NCBI GenBank assembly: GCA_964016885.1
Contig: CAXHJY010000001.1
Coordinates: forward strand, 124,001-188,000
Reading direction: 5' to 3'
Length of the DNA: 64,000 bases
From: Eledone cirrhosa
Taxonomy: Eukaryota
The notes beneath the pieces are model-generated. The model was not told where the DNA came from. It saw nothing but the letters and a program-made list of their open reading frames with translations, and ran no database searches. Of the stretch, positions 1 to 18,000 are shown in pieces (the first letter of the stretch is position 1; each line of letters starts with the position of its first letter). The position numbers were made by a program, and so were the translations under genes.

Positions 1-3000
1 AGATACCACTGAACAACTAGATGCCACTAAACAACCACTAGAAACCACTGAACAACGAGTAGATACAACTGAACAACCACTATATACCACTAAACGACCA
101 CTAGATACCATTGGACAACCACTAGATACGACTAAACTACCACTGGATACCACTGGACAACCACTAGATTCCACTAAGCTACCACTGGATACCATTGAAA
201 ACCCACTAGATACCACTGAACAACCACTTGATACCACCGAACAACCACTAGATACCACTGAAAAACCACTCGGTACCACTGAACAACCACTTGATACCAC
301 TGAACCACCAATAGATACCATTGAACACCCACTAGATACCACTGAACAACCACTTGATACCACCGAACAACCACTAGATACCACTGAACAACCACTAGAT
401 ACCACTAAACAACCACTAGATACCACTAAACAACCACTAGATACCACTACACATCCACTAGATATCGCTAAACAACGACTAGATATCACTAAACAACCAC
501 AAGATATCACTGAGCAACCACTAGATACAACTGAACAACCACTAGATACCACTAAACAAACACTAGATACCACTAAACAACCACTAGATACCACTACACA
601 TCCACTAGATACCACTAAACATCCACTAGATACCACTAAACAACCACTAGATACCACTGGACAACCAATAGATACCACTGAACAACCAATAGATACCACT
701 GAACAACCACTAGGTACCACTGAACAACAACTAGATACCACTAAACAAAAACTAGATACTATGACTAAACAACCACTAGATACCGCTGAAGAACCACGCG
801 GTACCGCTGAAGAACCACTCGGTACCACTGAACAACCACTTGATACCACTGTACAACCACTAGATACCATTGAACACCCACTAGATACCATTGAACACCC
901 ACTAGATACCACTGAACAACCACTTGATACCACTGTACAACCACTAGATACCACTGAACAACCACTACATACCACTATACAACCACTAGATACCACTGAA
1001 CAACCACTAGATATCGCTAAACAACCACTAGATATCACTGAACACCCACTAGATATCACTGAACAACCACTAGATAAAACTGAACAACCACTAGATACAA
1101 CTAAACAACCACTAGATACCACTGAACAACCACTAGATATCACTGATCAACCACAGATACCACTGAACGACCACTAGATATCACTGAACAACCACAGATA
1201 CCACTGAAAAACCACAGATACCACTAAACAACCACTAGATATCACTAAACAACCACCTGATACCATTAAACAACCACTAGATACCACTGAACAGCCACTA
1301 GATACCACTGAACAACCACTAGATACCACTGAACGGCCACTAGATACCACTGAACGGCCACTCGATACCACTGAACGACCACTAGATACCACTGAACGAC
1401 CACTAGATACCACTGAACGACCACTAGATACCACTGAACCACCACTAGATACCACTGAACCACCACTAGATACCACTGAACCACCACTAGATACCAGTGA
1501 ACAACCACAATATACCACTGAACAACCACTAGATACCACTGAACAACCACTAGATACCACTGAACAACCACTAGATACCACAGAACAACCACTAGGTACC
1601 ACTGAACAACCACTAGGTACCACTGAACAACCACTAGGTACCACTGAACAACCACCTGATACCACTGAACTACCACTAGATACTAACACTAAAGTACCAC
1701 TAGATACCACTGAACAACTAGATACCACTAAACAACCACTAGAAACAACTGAACAACCAGTAGATACAACTGAACAACCACTATATACCACTAAACAACC
1801 ACTAGATACCATTGGACAACCACTAGATACCACTAAACTACCACTAGATACAACTAAACTACCACTAGATACCACTAAACTACCACTAGATACCACTGGA
1901 CAAATACTAGATTCTACTAAGCTACCACTGGATACCACTAAATACCACGAACAACCACTATGTACCACTGGACAACCACTAGATACCAATAAACAACCAT
2001 GAGATACCACTAAACAACCACTAGATGCCACTAGATACCACTAAACAAAAACTAGATACTATGACTAAACAACCACTAGATACCATTAAACAACCACTAT
2101 ATACCGCTGAACAACCACTAGGTATCTCTGAACAACCACTAGATACCGCTGAAGAACCACTCGGTACCACTGAACAACCACTTGATACCACTGTACAACC
2201 AATAGATACCATTGAACACCCACTATATAACACTGAACAACCACTAGATACCACTGAACAACCACTAGATATCACTAAACAACCACTAGATATCACTGAG
2301 CAACCGCTAGATATCGCTGAACAACCACTAGATAAAACTGAACAACCACTAGATACCACTGAACAACCACTTGATATCACTGATCAACCACAGATACCAC
2401 TGAACAACCACTAGATATCACTGAACAACCACAGATACCACTGAACAACCAGTAAATATCACTAAACAACCACTAGATACCACTAAAAAACCACCTGATA
2501 CCACTGATCTACCACTAGGTTTCTCTGAACAACCACTAGATACCGCTGAAGAACCACTCGGTACCACTGAACAACCACTTGATACCACTGTACAACCACT
2601 AGATACCATTGAACACCCACTACATACCACTATACAACCACTAGATACCACTGAACAACCACTAGATACCACTGAACAACCACTAGATATCACTAAACAA
2701 CCACTAGATATCACTGAACACCCACTAGATACCATTGAACAACCACTAGATACAACTGAACAACCACTAGATACCACTGAACAACCACTAGATATCACTG
2801 ATCAACCACTAGATATCACTGATCAACCACTAGATACCACTGAACAACCACTAGATATCACTGAACAACCACTAGATATCACTGAACAACCACAGATACC
2901 ACTGAACAACCACTAGATACCACTAAACAACCACCTGATACCCCTGAACAGCCACTAGATACCACTGAACAGCCACTAGATACCACTGAACGACCACTAG

Positions 3001-6000
3001 ATACCACTGAACGACCACTAGATACCACTAAACGACCAATAGGTATCACTGAACGACCACTGGATACCACTGAACCACCACTAGATACCACTGAACCACC
3101 ACTAGATACCACTGAACCACCACTAGATACCACTGAACAACCAATAGATACAACTGAACAACCAATAGATACCACTGAACAACCAATAGGTACCACTGAA
3201 CAACCACCTGATACCAATGAACTACCACTAGCTACTAACACTAAAGTACCACTAGATACCACTGAACAACTAGATACCACTAAACAACCACTAGAAACAA
3301 CTGAACAACCAGTAGATTCAACTGAACAACCACTATATACCACTAAACAACCACTAGATACCACTAAACTACCACTAGATACCACTAAACTACCACTAGA
3401 TACCACTGGACAAACACTAGATTCCACTAAGCTACCACTGGATACTACTAAACTACCACTAAATACCACGGACAACCTCTAGATACCACTATGTACCACT
3501 GGACAACTACTAGATACTACCACTAAACCACCACTAGATACCACTGAACAACCACAAGATACCACTAAACAACCACTTGATACCACTAAACAACCACTAG
3601 ATACCAATAAACAACCACTAGATACCAATAAACAACCACTAGATACCAATAAACAACCACTAGATACTACCACTAAACAACCACTAGATACTACACTAAA
3701 CAACCACTAGATACTATCACTATACAACCACTAGATACTACTAAACAACCACTAGATACCACTAAACAAACACTAGATACAACTGAACAACCAATAGATA
3801 CCACAGAACAACCACTAGATACAACTGAACAACCAGTAGATACCACTAGATAGCACTGAACAACCACAAGATACCACTAAACAACCACTAGATACCACTG
3901 AACAACCACTAGATACCACTGGACAACCACTAGATACCACTGGACAACCACTAGATACAACTGAACAACCACTAGGTACCACTGAACAACCACTAGGTAC
4001 CACTGAACAACCACTAGATACCACTGAACAACCACTAGATACCACTGAACAACCACTAGGTACCACTGAACTACCACTAGATACTAACACTAAAGTACCA
4101 CTAGAAACAAATGAACAACCAGTAGATACAACTGAACAACCACTATATTCCACTAAACAACCACTAGATACCACTAAACTACCATTAGATACCACTGGAC
4201 AACCACTAGATGCCACTAAACTACCACTAGATACCACTGGACAAACACTAGATTCCACTAAGCTACCACTAAATACCACGGACAACCACTAGATGCCACT
4301 AAACAACCACTATGTACCACTGGACAACCACTAGATACTACCACTAAACCACCACTAGATACCACTGAACAACCACTTGATACGACTAAACAACCACTAG
4401 ATACCACTAAACATCCACAAGATACCACTAAACAACCACTAGATACCAATAAACAACCACTAGATACCACTAAACAACCACTAGATACCAATAAACAACC
4501 ATTAGATACCACTAAACAACCATTAGATACCACTAAACAACCACTAGATACCACTAAACAAAAACTAGATACTATGACTAAACAACCACTATACCGCTGA
4601 AGAACCACTCGGTACCACTGAACAACCACTTGATACCACTGTACAACCAATAGATACCATTGAACACCCACTAGATACCACTGAACAACCACTTGATACC
4701 ACCGTACAACCACTAGATACCACTGAACGACCACTACATACCACTATACAACCACTAGATACCACTGAACAACCACTAGATACCACTGAAAAACCACTAG
4801 ATACCACTGAACAACCACTAGATATCACTGAGCAACCACTAGATACCACTGAACAACCACTAGATACCACTGAACAACCACTAGATACCACTGAACAACC
4901 ACTAGATACCACTGAACAACCACTAGATATCACTGATCAACCACAGATACCACTGAACAACCACTAGATATCACTGAACAACCACAGATACCACTGAACA
5001 ACCACTAGATATCACTAAACAACCACTAGATACCACTAAAAAACCACCTGATACCACTAGATACCACTGAACAGTCATAGATACCACTGAACAGCCACTA
5101 GATACCACTGAACGACCACTAGATGCCACTGAACGACCACTAGATGCCACTGAACAACCACTAGATGCCACTGAACAACCACTAGATGCCACTGAACAAC
5201 CACTAGATACCAGTGAACAACCACAATATACAACTGAACAACCACTAGATACCACTGAACAACCACTAGATACCACTAAACAACCACTAGATACCACTAA
5301 ACAACCACTAGATACCACTGAACAACCAATAGATACCACTGAACAACCACTAGATACAACTGAACAACCATTAGATACTACCACTACACAACCACTAGAT
5401 ACTACCACTAAAAAAACACTAGATACCACTGGACAACCACTAGATACAACTGAACAGCCACTAGATACCACTGAACAGCCACTAGATACCACTGAACGAC
5501 CAATAGATACCACTGAACGACCAATAGATACCACTGAACGACCACTGGATACCACTGAACGACCACTAGATACCACTGAACGACCACTAGATACCACTGA
5601 ACAACCACTAGATACCACTGAACAACCACTAGATACCACTGAACAACCACTAGATACCACTAAACAACCACTAGATACCACTAAACAACCACTAGATACC
5701 ACTGGACAACCACTAGATACCACTGAACAACCAATAGATACCACTGAACAACCAATAGATACCACTGAACAACCAATAGATACAACTGAACAACCAATAG
5801 ATACAACTGAACAACCAATAGATACAACTGAACAACCAATAGATACAACTGAACAACCAATAGATACCACTGAACAACCACTAGGTACCACTGAACCACC
5901 ACCTGATACCAATGAACTACCATTAGATACTAACACTAAAGTACCACTAGATACCACTGAACAACTAGATACCACTAAACAACCACTAGAAACCACTGAA

Positions 6001-9000
6001 CAACCAGTAGATACAACTGAACGACCACTATATACCACTAAACAACTACTAGATACCACTAAACTACCACTAAACTACCACTAGATACCACTGGACAAAC
6101 ACTAGATTCCACTAAGCTACCACTGGATACCACTAAACTACCACTAAATACCACAGACAACCTCTAGATGCCACTAAACAACCACTATGTACCACTGGAC
6201 AACTACAAGATACTACCACTAAACCACCACTAGATACCACTGAACAACCACAAGATACCACTAAACAACCCCAAGATACAACTAAACAACCACAAGATAC
6301 AACTAGACAACCACTAGATACCAATAAACAACCACTAGATACCAATAAACAACCACTAGATACCACTAAACAACCACTAGATACTACCACTAAACAACCA
6401 CTAGATACTACTACTATACAACCACTAGATAACACTAAACAACCACTAGATACCACTGAAGAACCACTAGATACCACTAAACAAACACTAGATACAACTG
6501 AACAACCAATAGATACCACAGAACAACCACTAGATACAACTGAACAACCAGTAGATACCACTAGATAGCACTGAACTACCACAAGATACCACTAAACAAC
6601 CACTAGATACCACTGAACAACCACTAGATACCACTGGACAACCACTAGATACAACTGAACAACCACTAGGTACCACTAAACAATCACTAGATACCGCTGA
6701 ACAACCACTAGGTACCACTGAACAACCACCTGATACCACTGAACTACCACTAGATAGTAACACTAAAGTACCACTAGATACCACTGAACAACTAGATACC
6801 ACTGAACAACCACTAGAATCCACTGAACAACCACTAGATATCACTGAACAACCACAGATACCACTGAACAACCACTAGATATCACTAAACAACCACTAGA
6901 TACCACTAAAAAACCACCTGATACCACTGATCTACCACTAGATACCACTGAACAGCCACTAGATACCACTGAACAGCCACTAGATACCACTGAACAACCA
7001 CTAGATACCAGTGAACAACCACAATATACAACTGAGCAACCACTAGATACCACTGAACAACCACTAGATACCACTGAACAACCACTAGATACCACTGAAC
7101 AACCACTAGATACCACTAAACAACCACTAGATACCACTGAACAACCACTAGATACAACTGAACAACCACTAGATACCACTGGACAACCACTAGATACAAC
7201 TGAACAACCACTAGGTACCACTAAACAACCACTAGATACCACTGAACAACCACTAGCTACCACTGAACAACCACTAGGTACCACTGAACAACCACCTGAT
7301 ACCACTGAACTACCACTAGATAGTAACACTAAAGTACCACTAGATACCACTGAACAACTAGATACCACTAAACAACCACTAGAAACAACTGAACAACCAG
7401 TAGATACAACTGAACAACCATTATATTCCACTAAACAACCACTATATACCACTAAACAACCACTAGATACCATTGGACAACCACTAGATACCACTAAACT
7501 ACCATTGGATACCACTGGACAACCACTAGATACCACTGAACAACCACTAGGTACCACAGAACAACCACTAGATACCACTGAACAACCACTAGGTACCACT
7601 GAACAACCACCTGATACCACTGAACTCCCACTAGATACTAACACTAAAGTACCACTAGATACCACTGAACAACTAGATACCACTAAACAACCACTAGAAA
7701 CAACTGAACAACCATTAGATACAACTGAACAACCATTATATTCCACTAAACAACCACTATATACCACTAAACAACCACTAGATACCACTAGACCACCACT
7801 AGATACCAATAAACAACCATTAGATACCACTAAACAACAATTAGATACCACTAAACAACCATTAGATACCACTAAACAACCACTAGATACCACTAAACAA
7901 AAACTAGATACTATGACTAAACAACCACTATATACCGCTGAACAACCACTAGGTATCTCTGAACAACCACTAGATACCGCTGAAGAACCACTGAACAACC
8001 ACTTGATACCACCGTACAGCCACTAGATACCACTGAACAACCACTACATACCACTATACAACCACTAGATACCACTGAACAACCACTAGATACCACTGAA
8101 CAACCACTAGATACCACTGAACAACCACTAGATATCACTAAACAACCACTAGATATCACTGAGCAACCGCTAGATATCACTGAACAACCACTAGATACAA
8201 CTGAACAACCACTAGATACCACTGAACAACCACTAGATACCACTGAACAACCACTAGATATCACTGATCAACCACAGATACCACTGAACAACCACTAGAT
8301 ACCACTGAACAACCACTAGATATCACTGAACAACCACAGATACCACTGAACAACCACTAGATATCACTAAACAACCACTAGATACCACTAAAAAACCACC
8401 TGATACCACTCATCTACCACTAGATACCACTGAACAGCCACTAGATACCACTGAACAGCCACTAGATACCACTGAACAGCCACTAGATACCACTGAACGA
8501 CCACTAGATACCACTGAACGACCACTAGATGCCACTGAACAACCACTAGATACCAGTGAACAACCACAATATACCACTGAACAACCACTAGATACCACTG
8601 AACAACCACTAGATACCACTGAACAACCACTAGATACCACTAAACAACCATTAGATACCACTAAACAACCACTGGATACCACTAAACAACCACTAGATAC
8701 CACTGAACAACCAGTAGATACCACTAGATAGCACTGAACTACCACAAGATACCACTAAACAACCACTAGATACCACTGATCAACCACTAGCTACCACTGA
8801 ACAACCACTAGGTACCACTGAACAACCACCTGATACCACTGAACTACCACTAGATAGTAACACTAAAGTACCACTAGATACCACTGAACAACTAGATACC
8901 ACTAAACAACCACTAGAAACAACTGAACAACCAGTAGATACAACTGAACAACCATTATATTCCACTAAACAACCACTATATACCACTAAACAACCACTAG

Positions 9001-12000
9001 ATACCACTAAACAACCATTAGATACCACTAAACAACAATTAGATACCACTAAACAACCGTTAGATACCACTAAACAACCACTAGATACCACTAAACAAAA
9101 ACTAGATACTATGACTAAACAACCACTATATACCGCTGAACAACCACTAGATATCACTAAACAACCACTAGATATCACTGAGCAACCGCTAGATATCACT
9201 GAACAACCACTAGATACAACTGAACAACCACTAGATACCACTGAACAACCACTAGATATCACTGATCAACCACAGATACCACTGAACAACCACTAGATAT
9301 CACTGAACAACCACAGATACCACTGAACAACCACTAGATATCACTAAACAACCACTAGATACCACTAAAAAACCACCTGATACCACTGATCTACCACTAG
9401 ATACCACTGAACAGCCACTAGATACCACTGAACAGCCACTATGTACCACTGAACGACCACTAGATACCACTGAACGACCACTAGATGCCACTGAACAACC
9501 ACTAGATACCAGTGAACAACCACAATATACAACTGAACAACCACTAGATACCACTGAACAACCACTAGATACCACTGAACAACCACTAGATACCACTAAA
9601 CAACCACTAGATACCACTAAACAACCACTAGATACCACTAAACAACCACTAGATACCACTGAACAACCAATAGATACCACTGAACGACCAATAGATACCA
9701 CTGAACAACCACTAGATACAACTGAACAACCACTAGATACAACTGAACAACCACTAGATACAACTGAACAACCACTAGATACAACTGAACAACCAATAGA
9801 TACCACTGAACAACCAATAGATACCACTGAACAACCAATAGATACCACTGAACAACCACTAGATACAACTGAACAACCACTAGATACTACCACTAAACAA
9901 CCACTAGATACTACCACTAAACAACCACTAGATACTACCACTAAACAAACACTAGATACCACTGGACAACCACTAGATACAACTGAACACCACTAGATAC
10001 AATTGGACAACCACTGGATACCACTGAACAACAACTAGATACCACTGAACAACCACTAGATACCACTAAACAACCACTAGATACCACTGGACAACCACTA
10101 GATACAACTGAACAACCACTAGATACAACTGAACAACCACTGAACGACCACTAGATACCACTGAATAGCCACTAGCTACCACTAGGTACCACTGAACAAC
10201 CACCTGATACCACTGAACTACCACTAGATACTAACACTAAAGTACCACTAGATACCACTGAACAACTAGATACCACTAAACAACCACTATGTACCACTGG
10301 ACAACCACTAGATACTACCACTAAACCACCACTAGATACCACTGAACAACCACAAGATACCACTAAACAACCACTAAACGTCCACTAGATACCACTAAAC
10401 AACCACAATATACCACTAAACAACCACTAGATACCAATAAACAACCACAATATACCACTAAACAACCACTAGATACCAATAAACAACCAATAGATACCAC
10501 TAAACAACCACTAGATACCAATAAACAACCATTAGATACCACTAAACAACCATTAGATACCACTAAACAACCACTAGATACCACTAAACAAAAACTAGAT
10601 ACTATGACTAAACAACCACTATATACCGCTGGACAACCACTAGGTATCTCTGAACAACCACTAGATACCGCTGAAGAACCACTCGGTACCACGGAACAAC
10701 CACTTGATACCACTAAACGTCCACTAGATACCACTAAACAACCACTACATACCACTATACAACCACTAGATACCACTGAAAAACCACTAGATACCAGTGA
10801 ACAACCACAATATACAACTGAATAACCACTAGATACCACTGAACAACCACTAGATACCACTAATCAACCACTAGATACCACTAAACAACCACTAGATACC
10901 ACTGAACAACCAATAGATACCACTGAACAACCAATAGATACCACTGAACAACCACTAGATACAACTGAACAACCAATAGATACCACTGAACAACCACTAG
11001 ATACAACTGAACAACCACTAGATACAACTGAACAACCACTAGATACAACTGAACAACCACTGAACGACCACTAGATACCACTGAACAGCCACTAGCTACC
11101 ACTGAACAACCAGTAGGTACCACTAAACAACCACCTGATACAACTGAACAACCACTAGATACTACCACTAAACAACCACTAGATACTACCACTAAACAAA
11201 CACTAGATACCACTGGACAACCACTAGATACAACTGGACAACCACTGGATACCACTGAACAACAACTGGATACCACTGAACAACCACTAGATACCACTGA
11301 ACAACCACAAGATACCACTAAACAACCACTAGATACCACTGGACAACCACTAGATACAACTGAACAACCACTAGATACAACTGAACAACCACTAGATACC
11401 ACTGAACAGCCACTAGCTACCACTGAACAACCACTAGGTACCACTGAACAACCACCTGATACCACTGAACTACCACTAGATACTAACACTAAAGTACCAC
11501 TAGATACCACTAAACAACCACTAGAAACAACTGAAAAACCACTATATACCACTGAACAACCACTATATACCATTGGACAACCACTAGATACCACTAGATA
11601 CCACTGGGCTACCACTAGATGCCACTAAACTACCACTAGATACCACTGGACAAACACTAGATTCCACTAAGCTACCACTGGATACCACTAAACTACCACT
11701 AAATACCACTAAACAACCACTATGTACCACTGGACAACCACTAGATACTACCACTAAACCCCCACTAGATACCACTGAACAACCACAAGATACCACTAAA
11801 CAACCACAAGATACCACTAAACAACCACTAGATACCAATAAACAACCACTAGATACCACTGAACAACCACTAGATACCACTAAACAAAAACTAGATACTA
11901 TGACTAAACAACCACTATATACCGCTGAACAACCACTAGGTTTCTCTGAACAACCACTAGATACCGCTGAAGAACCACTCGGTACCACTGAACAACCACT

Positions 12001-15000
12001 TGATACCACTGTACAACCACTAGATACCATTGAACACCCACTAGATACCATTGAACACCCACTAGATACCACTGAACAACCACTTGATACCACTGTACAA
12101 CCACTAGATGCCACTGAACAACCACTACATACCACTATACAACCACTAGATACCACTGAACAACCACTAGATACCACTGAAAAACCACTAGATATCACTA
12201 AACAACCACTAGATATCACTGAACACCCACTAGATATCACTGAACAACCACTAGATACAACTGACAACCACTAGATACCACTGAACAACCACTAGATATC
12301 ACTGATCAACCACAGATACCCATGAATAACCACTAGATACCACTAGATACCACTGAACCACCACTAGATACCAGTGAACAACCACAATATACCACTGAAC
12401 AACCACTAGATACCACTAAACAACCACTAGATACCACAAAACAACCACTAGATACCACTAAACAACCACTAGATACCACTAAACAACCACTAGATACAAC
12501 TGAACAACCACTAGATACAACTGAACAACCAATAGATACAACTGAAAAAGCAATAGATACCACTGAACAACCACTAGGTACCACTGAACAACCACCTGAT
12601 ACCACTGAACTACCACTAGATACTAACACTAAAGTACCACTAGATACCACTGAACTACCAATAGATACCACTAAACTACCACTAGATACCACTGGACTAC
12701 CACTAGATACCACTGGACAAACACTAGATTCCACTGGATACCACTAAGCTACCACTAAATACCACGGACAACCACTAGATGCCACTAAACAACCACTAGA
12801 TACCAATAAACACCCACTAGATACCACTAAACAACCACTAGATACCACTAAACAACCACTAGATACTACTAAACAAAAACTAGATACTATGACTAAACAA
12901 CCACTAGATACCGCTGAACAACCACTAGGTATCTCTGAACAACCACTGGATACCGCTGAAGAACCACTCGGTACCACTGAACAGCCACTTGATACCACTG
13001 TACAATCACTAGATACCATTGAACACCCACTAGATACCATTGAACACCCACTAGATACCACTGAACACCCACTACATACCACTGAACAACCACTAGATAC
13101 CACTGAACAACCACTAGATACCACTGAACAACCACTAGATACCACTGAACAACCACTAGATACCACTGAACAACCACTAGATATCACTAAATAACCACTA
13201 GATATCACTGAACAACCACTAGATATCACTGAACAACCACTAGATACTACTGAACAACCACTAGATACTACTGAACAACCATTAGATACCACTAAACAAC
13301 CACTAGATACCACTGAACAACCACTAGATATCACTGATCAACCACAGATACTACTGAACAACCACTAGATATCACTGAATAACCACTAGATACCACTGAA
13401 CAACCACTAGATATCACTGATCAACCACAGATACCACTGAACAACCACTAGATACCACTAAACAACCACTAGATACCACTGAAGAACCACTAGATACCAC
13501 TGAAGAACCACTAGATACCACTAAACAAACACTAGATACAACTGAACAACCAATAGATACCACAGAACAACCACTAGATACAACTGAACAACCAGTAGAT
13601 ACCACTAGATAGCACTGAACAACCACAAGATACCACTAAACAACCACTAGATACCACTGAACAACCACTAGATACAACTGAACAACCACTAGGTACCACT
13701 GAACAACCACTAGATACCACTGAACAACCACTAGCTACCACTGAACAACCACTAGGTACCACTGAACAACCACTAGGTACCACTGAACAACCACTAGTTA
13801 CCACTGAACTACCACTAGATACTAACACTAAAGTACCACTAGATACCACTGAACAACCACTAGAAACAACTGAACAACCAGTAGATACAACTGAACAACC
13901 ACTATATTCCACTAAACAACCACTAGATACCACTAAACTACCATTAGATACCACTGGACAACCACTAGATGCCACTAAACTACCACTAGATACCACTGGA
14001 CAAACACTAGATTCCACTAAGCTACCACTGGATACCACTAAATACCACGGACAACCACTAGATGCCACTAAACAACCACTATGTACCACTGGACAACCAC
14101 TAAACCACCACTAGATACCAACTGAACAACCACAAGATACCACTAAACAACCACTTGATACCACTAAACAACCACTTGATACCACTAAACAACCACTTGA
14201 TACCACTAAACAACCACTAGATACCAATAAACAACCACTAGATACCAATAAACAACCACTAGATACCACTAAACAACCACTAGATACCAATAAACAACCA
14301 TTAGATACCACTAAACAACCATTAGATACCACTAAACAACCATTAGATACCACTAAACAACCACTAGATACCACTAAACAAAAGCTAGATACTATGACTA
14401 AACAACCACTATATACCGCTGAACAACCACTAGGTATCTCTGAACAACCACTAGATACCGCTGAAGAACCACTCGGTAACACTGAACAACCACTTGATAC
14501 CACCGTACAACCACTAGATACCACTGAACAACCACTACATACCACTATACAACCACTAGATACCACTGAACAACCACTAGATACCACTGAACAACCACTA
14601 GATATCACTGAACAACCACTAGATATCACTAAACAACCACTAGATATCACTGAGCAACCGCTAGATATCACTGAACAACCACTAGATACAACTGAACAAC
14701 CACTAGATACCACTGAACAACCACTAGATACCACTGAACAACCACTAGATATCACTGATCAACCACAGATACCACTGAACAACCACTAGATATCACTGAA
14801 CCACCACTAGATATCACTAAACAACCACTAGATACCACTAAACAACCACTAGATACCACTGAACAACCACTAGATACCACTGAACAACCAATAGATACCA
14901 CTGAACGACCAATAGATACCACTGAACGACCAATAGATACCACTGAACAACCACTAGATACAACTGAACAACCACTAGATAAAACTGAACAACCAATAGA

Positions 15001-18000
15001 TACCACTGAACAACCACTAGATATCACTGAACAACCACAGATACCACTGAACGACCACTAGATGCCACTGAACAACCACTAGATACCAGTGAACAACCAC
15101 AATATACAACTGAACAACCACTAGATACCACTGAACAACCACTAGATACCACTGAACAACCACTTGATACCACTAAACAACCACTAGATACCACTAAACA
15201 ACCACTAGATACCACTGAACAACCACTAGATACCACTGAACAACCAATAGATACCACTGAACGACCAATAGATACCACTGAACGACCAATAGATACCACT
15301 GAACGACCAATAGATACCACTGAACAACCACTAGATACAACTGAACAACCACTAGATACAACTGAACAACCAATAGATACCACTGAACAACCAATAGATA
15401 CCACTGAACAACCAATAGATACCACTGAACAACCAATAGATACCACTGAACAACCACTAGATACAACTGAACAACCACTAGATACTACCACTAAACAACC
15501 ACTAGATACTACCACTAAACAAACACTAGATACCACTGGACAACCACTAGATACAACTGAACAACCACTAGATACAATTGGACAACCACTGGATACCACT
15601 GAACAACAACTAGATACCACTGAACAACCACTAGATACCTCTAAACAACCACTAGATACCACTGGACAACCACTAGATACCACTGAACAACCACTAGATA
15701 CCACTGAACAACCACTAGATACAACTGGACAACCACTAGATACACATGGACAACCACTAGATACCACTGGACAACCACTAGATACCACTGGACAACCACT
15801 AGATACCACTGGACAACCACTAGATACCACTGGACAACCACTAGATACCACTGAACTACCACTAGATACCACTGGACAACCACTAGATATCACTAAACAA
15901 CCACTAGATATCACTGAGCAACCACTTGATATCACTGAACAACCACTAGATACCACTGAACAACCACTAGATACCACTGAACAACCACTAGATACTACTG
16001 AACAACCACTAGATACCACTGGTCAACCACAGATACCACTGAACAACCACTAGATATCACTGAACAACCACAGATACCACTGAACAGCCACTAGATATCA
16101 CTGAACAAGCACTAGATACCACTAAAAAACCACCTGATACCACTGATCTACCACTAGATACCACTGAACAGCCACTAGATACCACTGAACAACCAATAGA
16201 TACCACTGAAAAACCACTACATACTACCACCAAACAACCACTAGATACTACCACTAAACAACCACTAGATACTACCACTAAACAACCACTAGATACAACT
16301 GAATAACCAATAGATACCACTGAACAACCACTAGATACTACCACTAAACAACCACTAGATACCACTATATACCACTGATGAACCACTATATACCACTGAA
16401 CGACCACTAGATACTAACACTAAAGTACCACTAGATACCACTGAACAACAACTAGATACCACTAAACAACCACTAGATACCACTAAACAACCACTAGATA
16501 CCACTGAACAACCACTATATACCACTAAACAACCACTATATACCACTGGACAACCACTAGATACCACTAAACTACCACTAAATACCACAGACAACCACTA
16601 GATGCTACTGGACAACCACTAGATACTACCACTATGTACCACTGGACAACCACTAGATACTACCACTAAACCACCACTAGATACCAATGAACGACCACAA
16701 GATACCACTAAACAACCACTAGATGCCACTAAACAACCACCACATGCCACTAAACAACCACTAGATAACACTAAACAACCACTAGATACCACTGAACAAC
16801 CACTAGATACTACCACTAAACCACAACAAGATACCACTGAACAACCACAAGATACCACTGAACAACCACAAGATACCACTAAACAACCACTAGATACCAC
16901 TAAACAACCACTAGATACCACTAAACAACCACTAGATACCACTAAACAACCACTAGATACCACTAAACAACCTCTAGATACCACTAAACAACCACTAGAT
17001 GCCACTAAACAACCACTAGATACCACTGAACAACCACAAGATACCACTAAACAAGCACTAGATACCACTAAACAACCACTAGATACCACTAAACAACCAC
17101 TACATGCCACTAAACAACCACTAGATACCACTTAACAACCACTAGATACCACTAAACAACCACTAGGAACCACTAAACAACCACTAGATACCACTGAACA
17201 ACCACTAGATACCACTAAACAACCACTAGATACCACTAAACAACCACTAGATACCACTAAACAACCACTAGATACTAAACAACCGCAAGATACCACTAAA
17301 CAACCGCAAGATACCACTAAACAACCACTAGATACCACTAAACAACCACTAGATACCACTGAACAACCACTAGATACCACTAAACAACCACTAGATACCA
17401 CTAAACAACCACTAGATACTAAACAACCGCAAGATACCACTAAACAACCGCAAGATACCACTAAACAACCACTAGATACCACTAAACAACCACTAGATAC
17501 CACTGAACAACCACTAGATACCACTAAACAAAAACTAGATACTATAACTAAACAACCACTAGATACCGCTGAAGAACCACTCGGTACCACCAAACAATCA
17601 CTTGATACCACTGTACAACCACTAGATACCACTGTACAACCACTAGATACCATTGAACACCCACTAGATACCACTGAACAACCACTAGATACCACTAAAC
17701 AACCACTAGATACCACTGGACAACCACTAGATACAACTGAACAACCACTAGATACCACTGAACAACCACTAGATACCACTGAACAGCCACTAGCTACCAC
17801 TGAACAATCACTAGATACCACTGAACAACCACTAGATACCACTAATCTACCACTAAGTACCACTGGACAACCACTAAACAATCACTAGATAGTACCAGTG
17901 GACAACCACAAGATACCACTGAACAACCACTAGATACCATTAAACTGCCACTAGATACCACTGAACAACCACTAGATAGCACTGAACAACCACTAGATAT

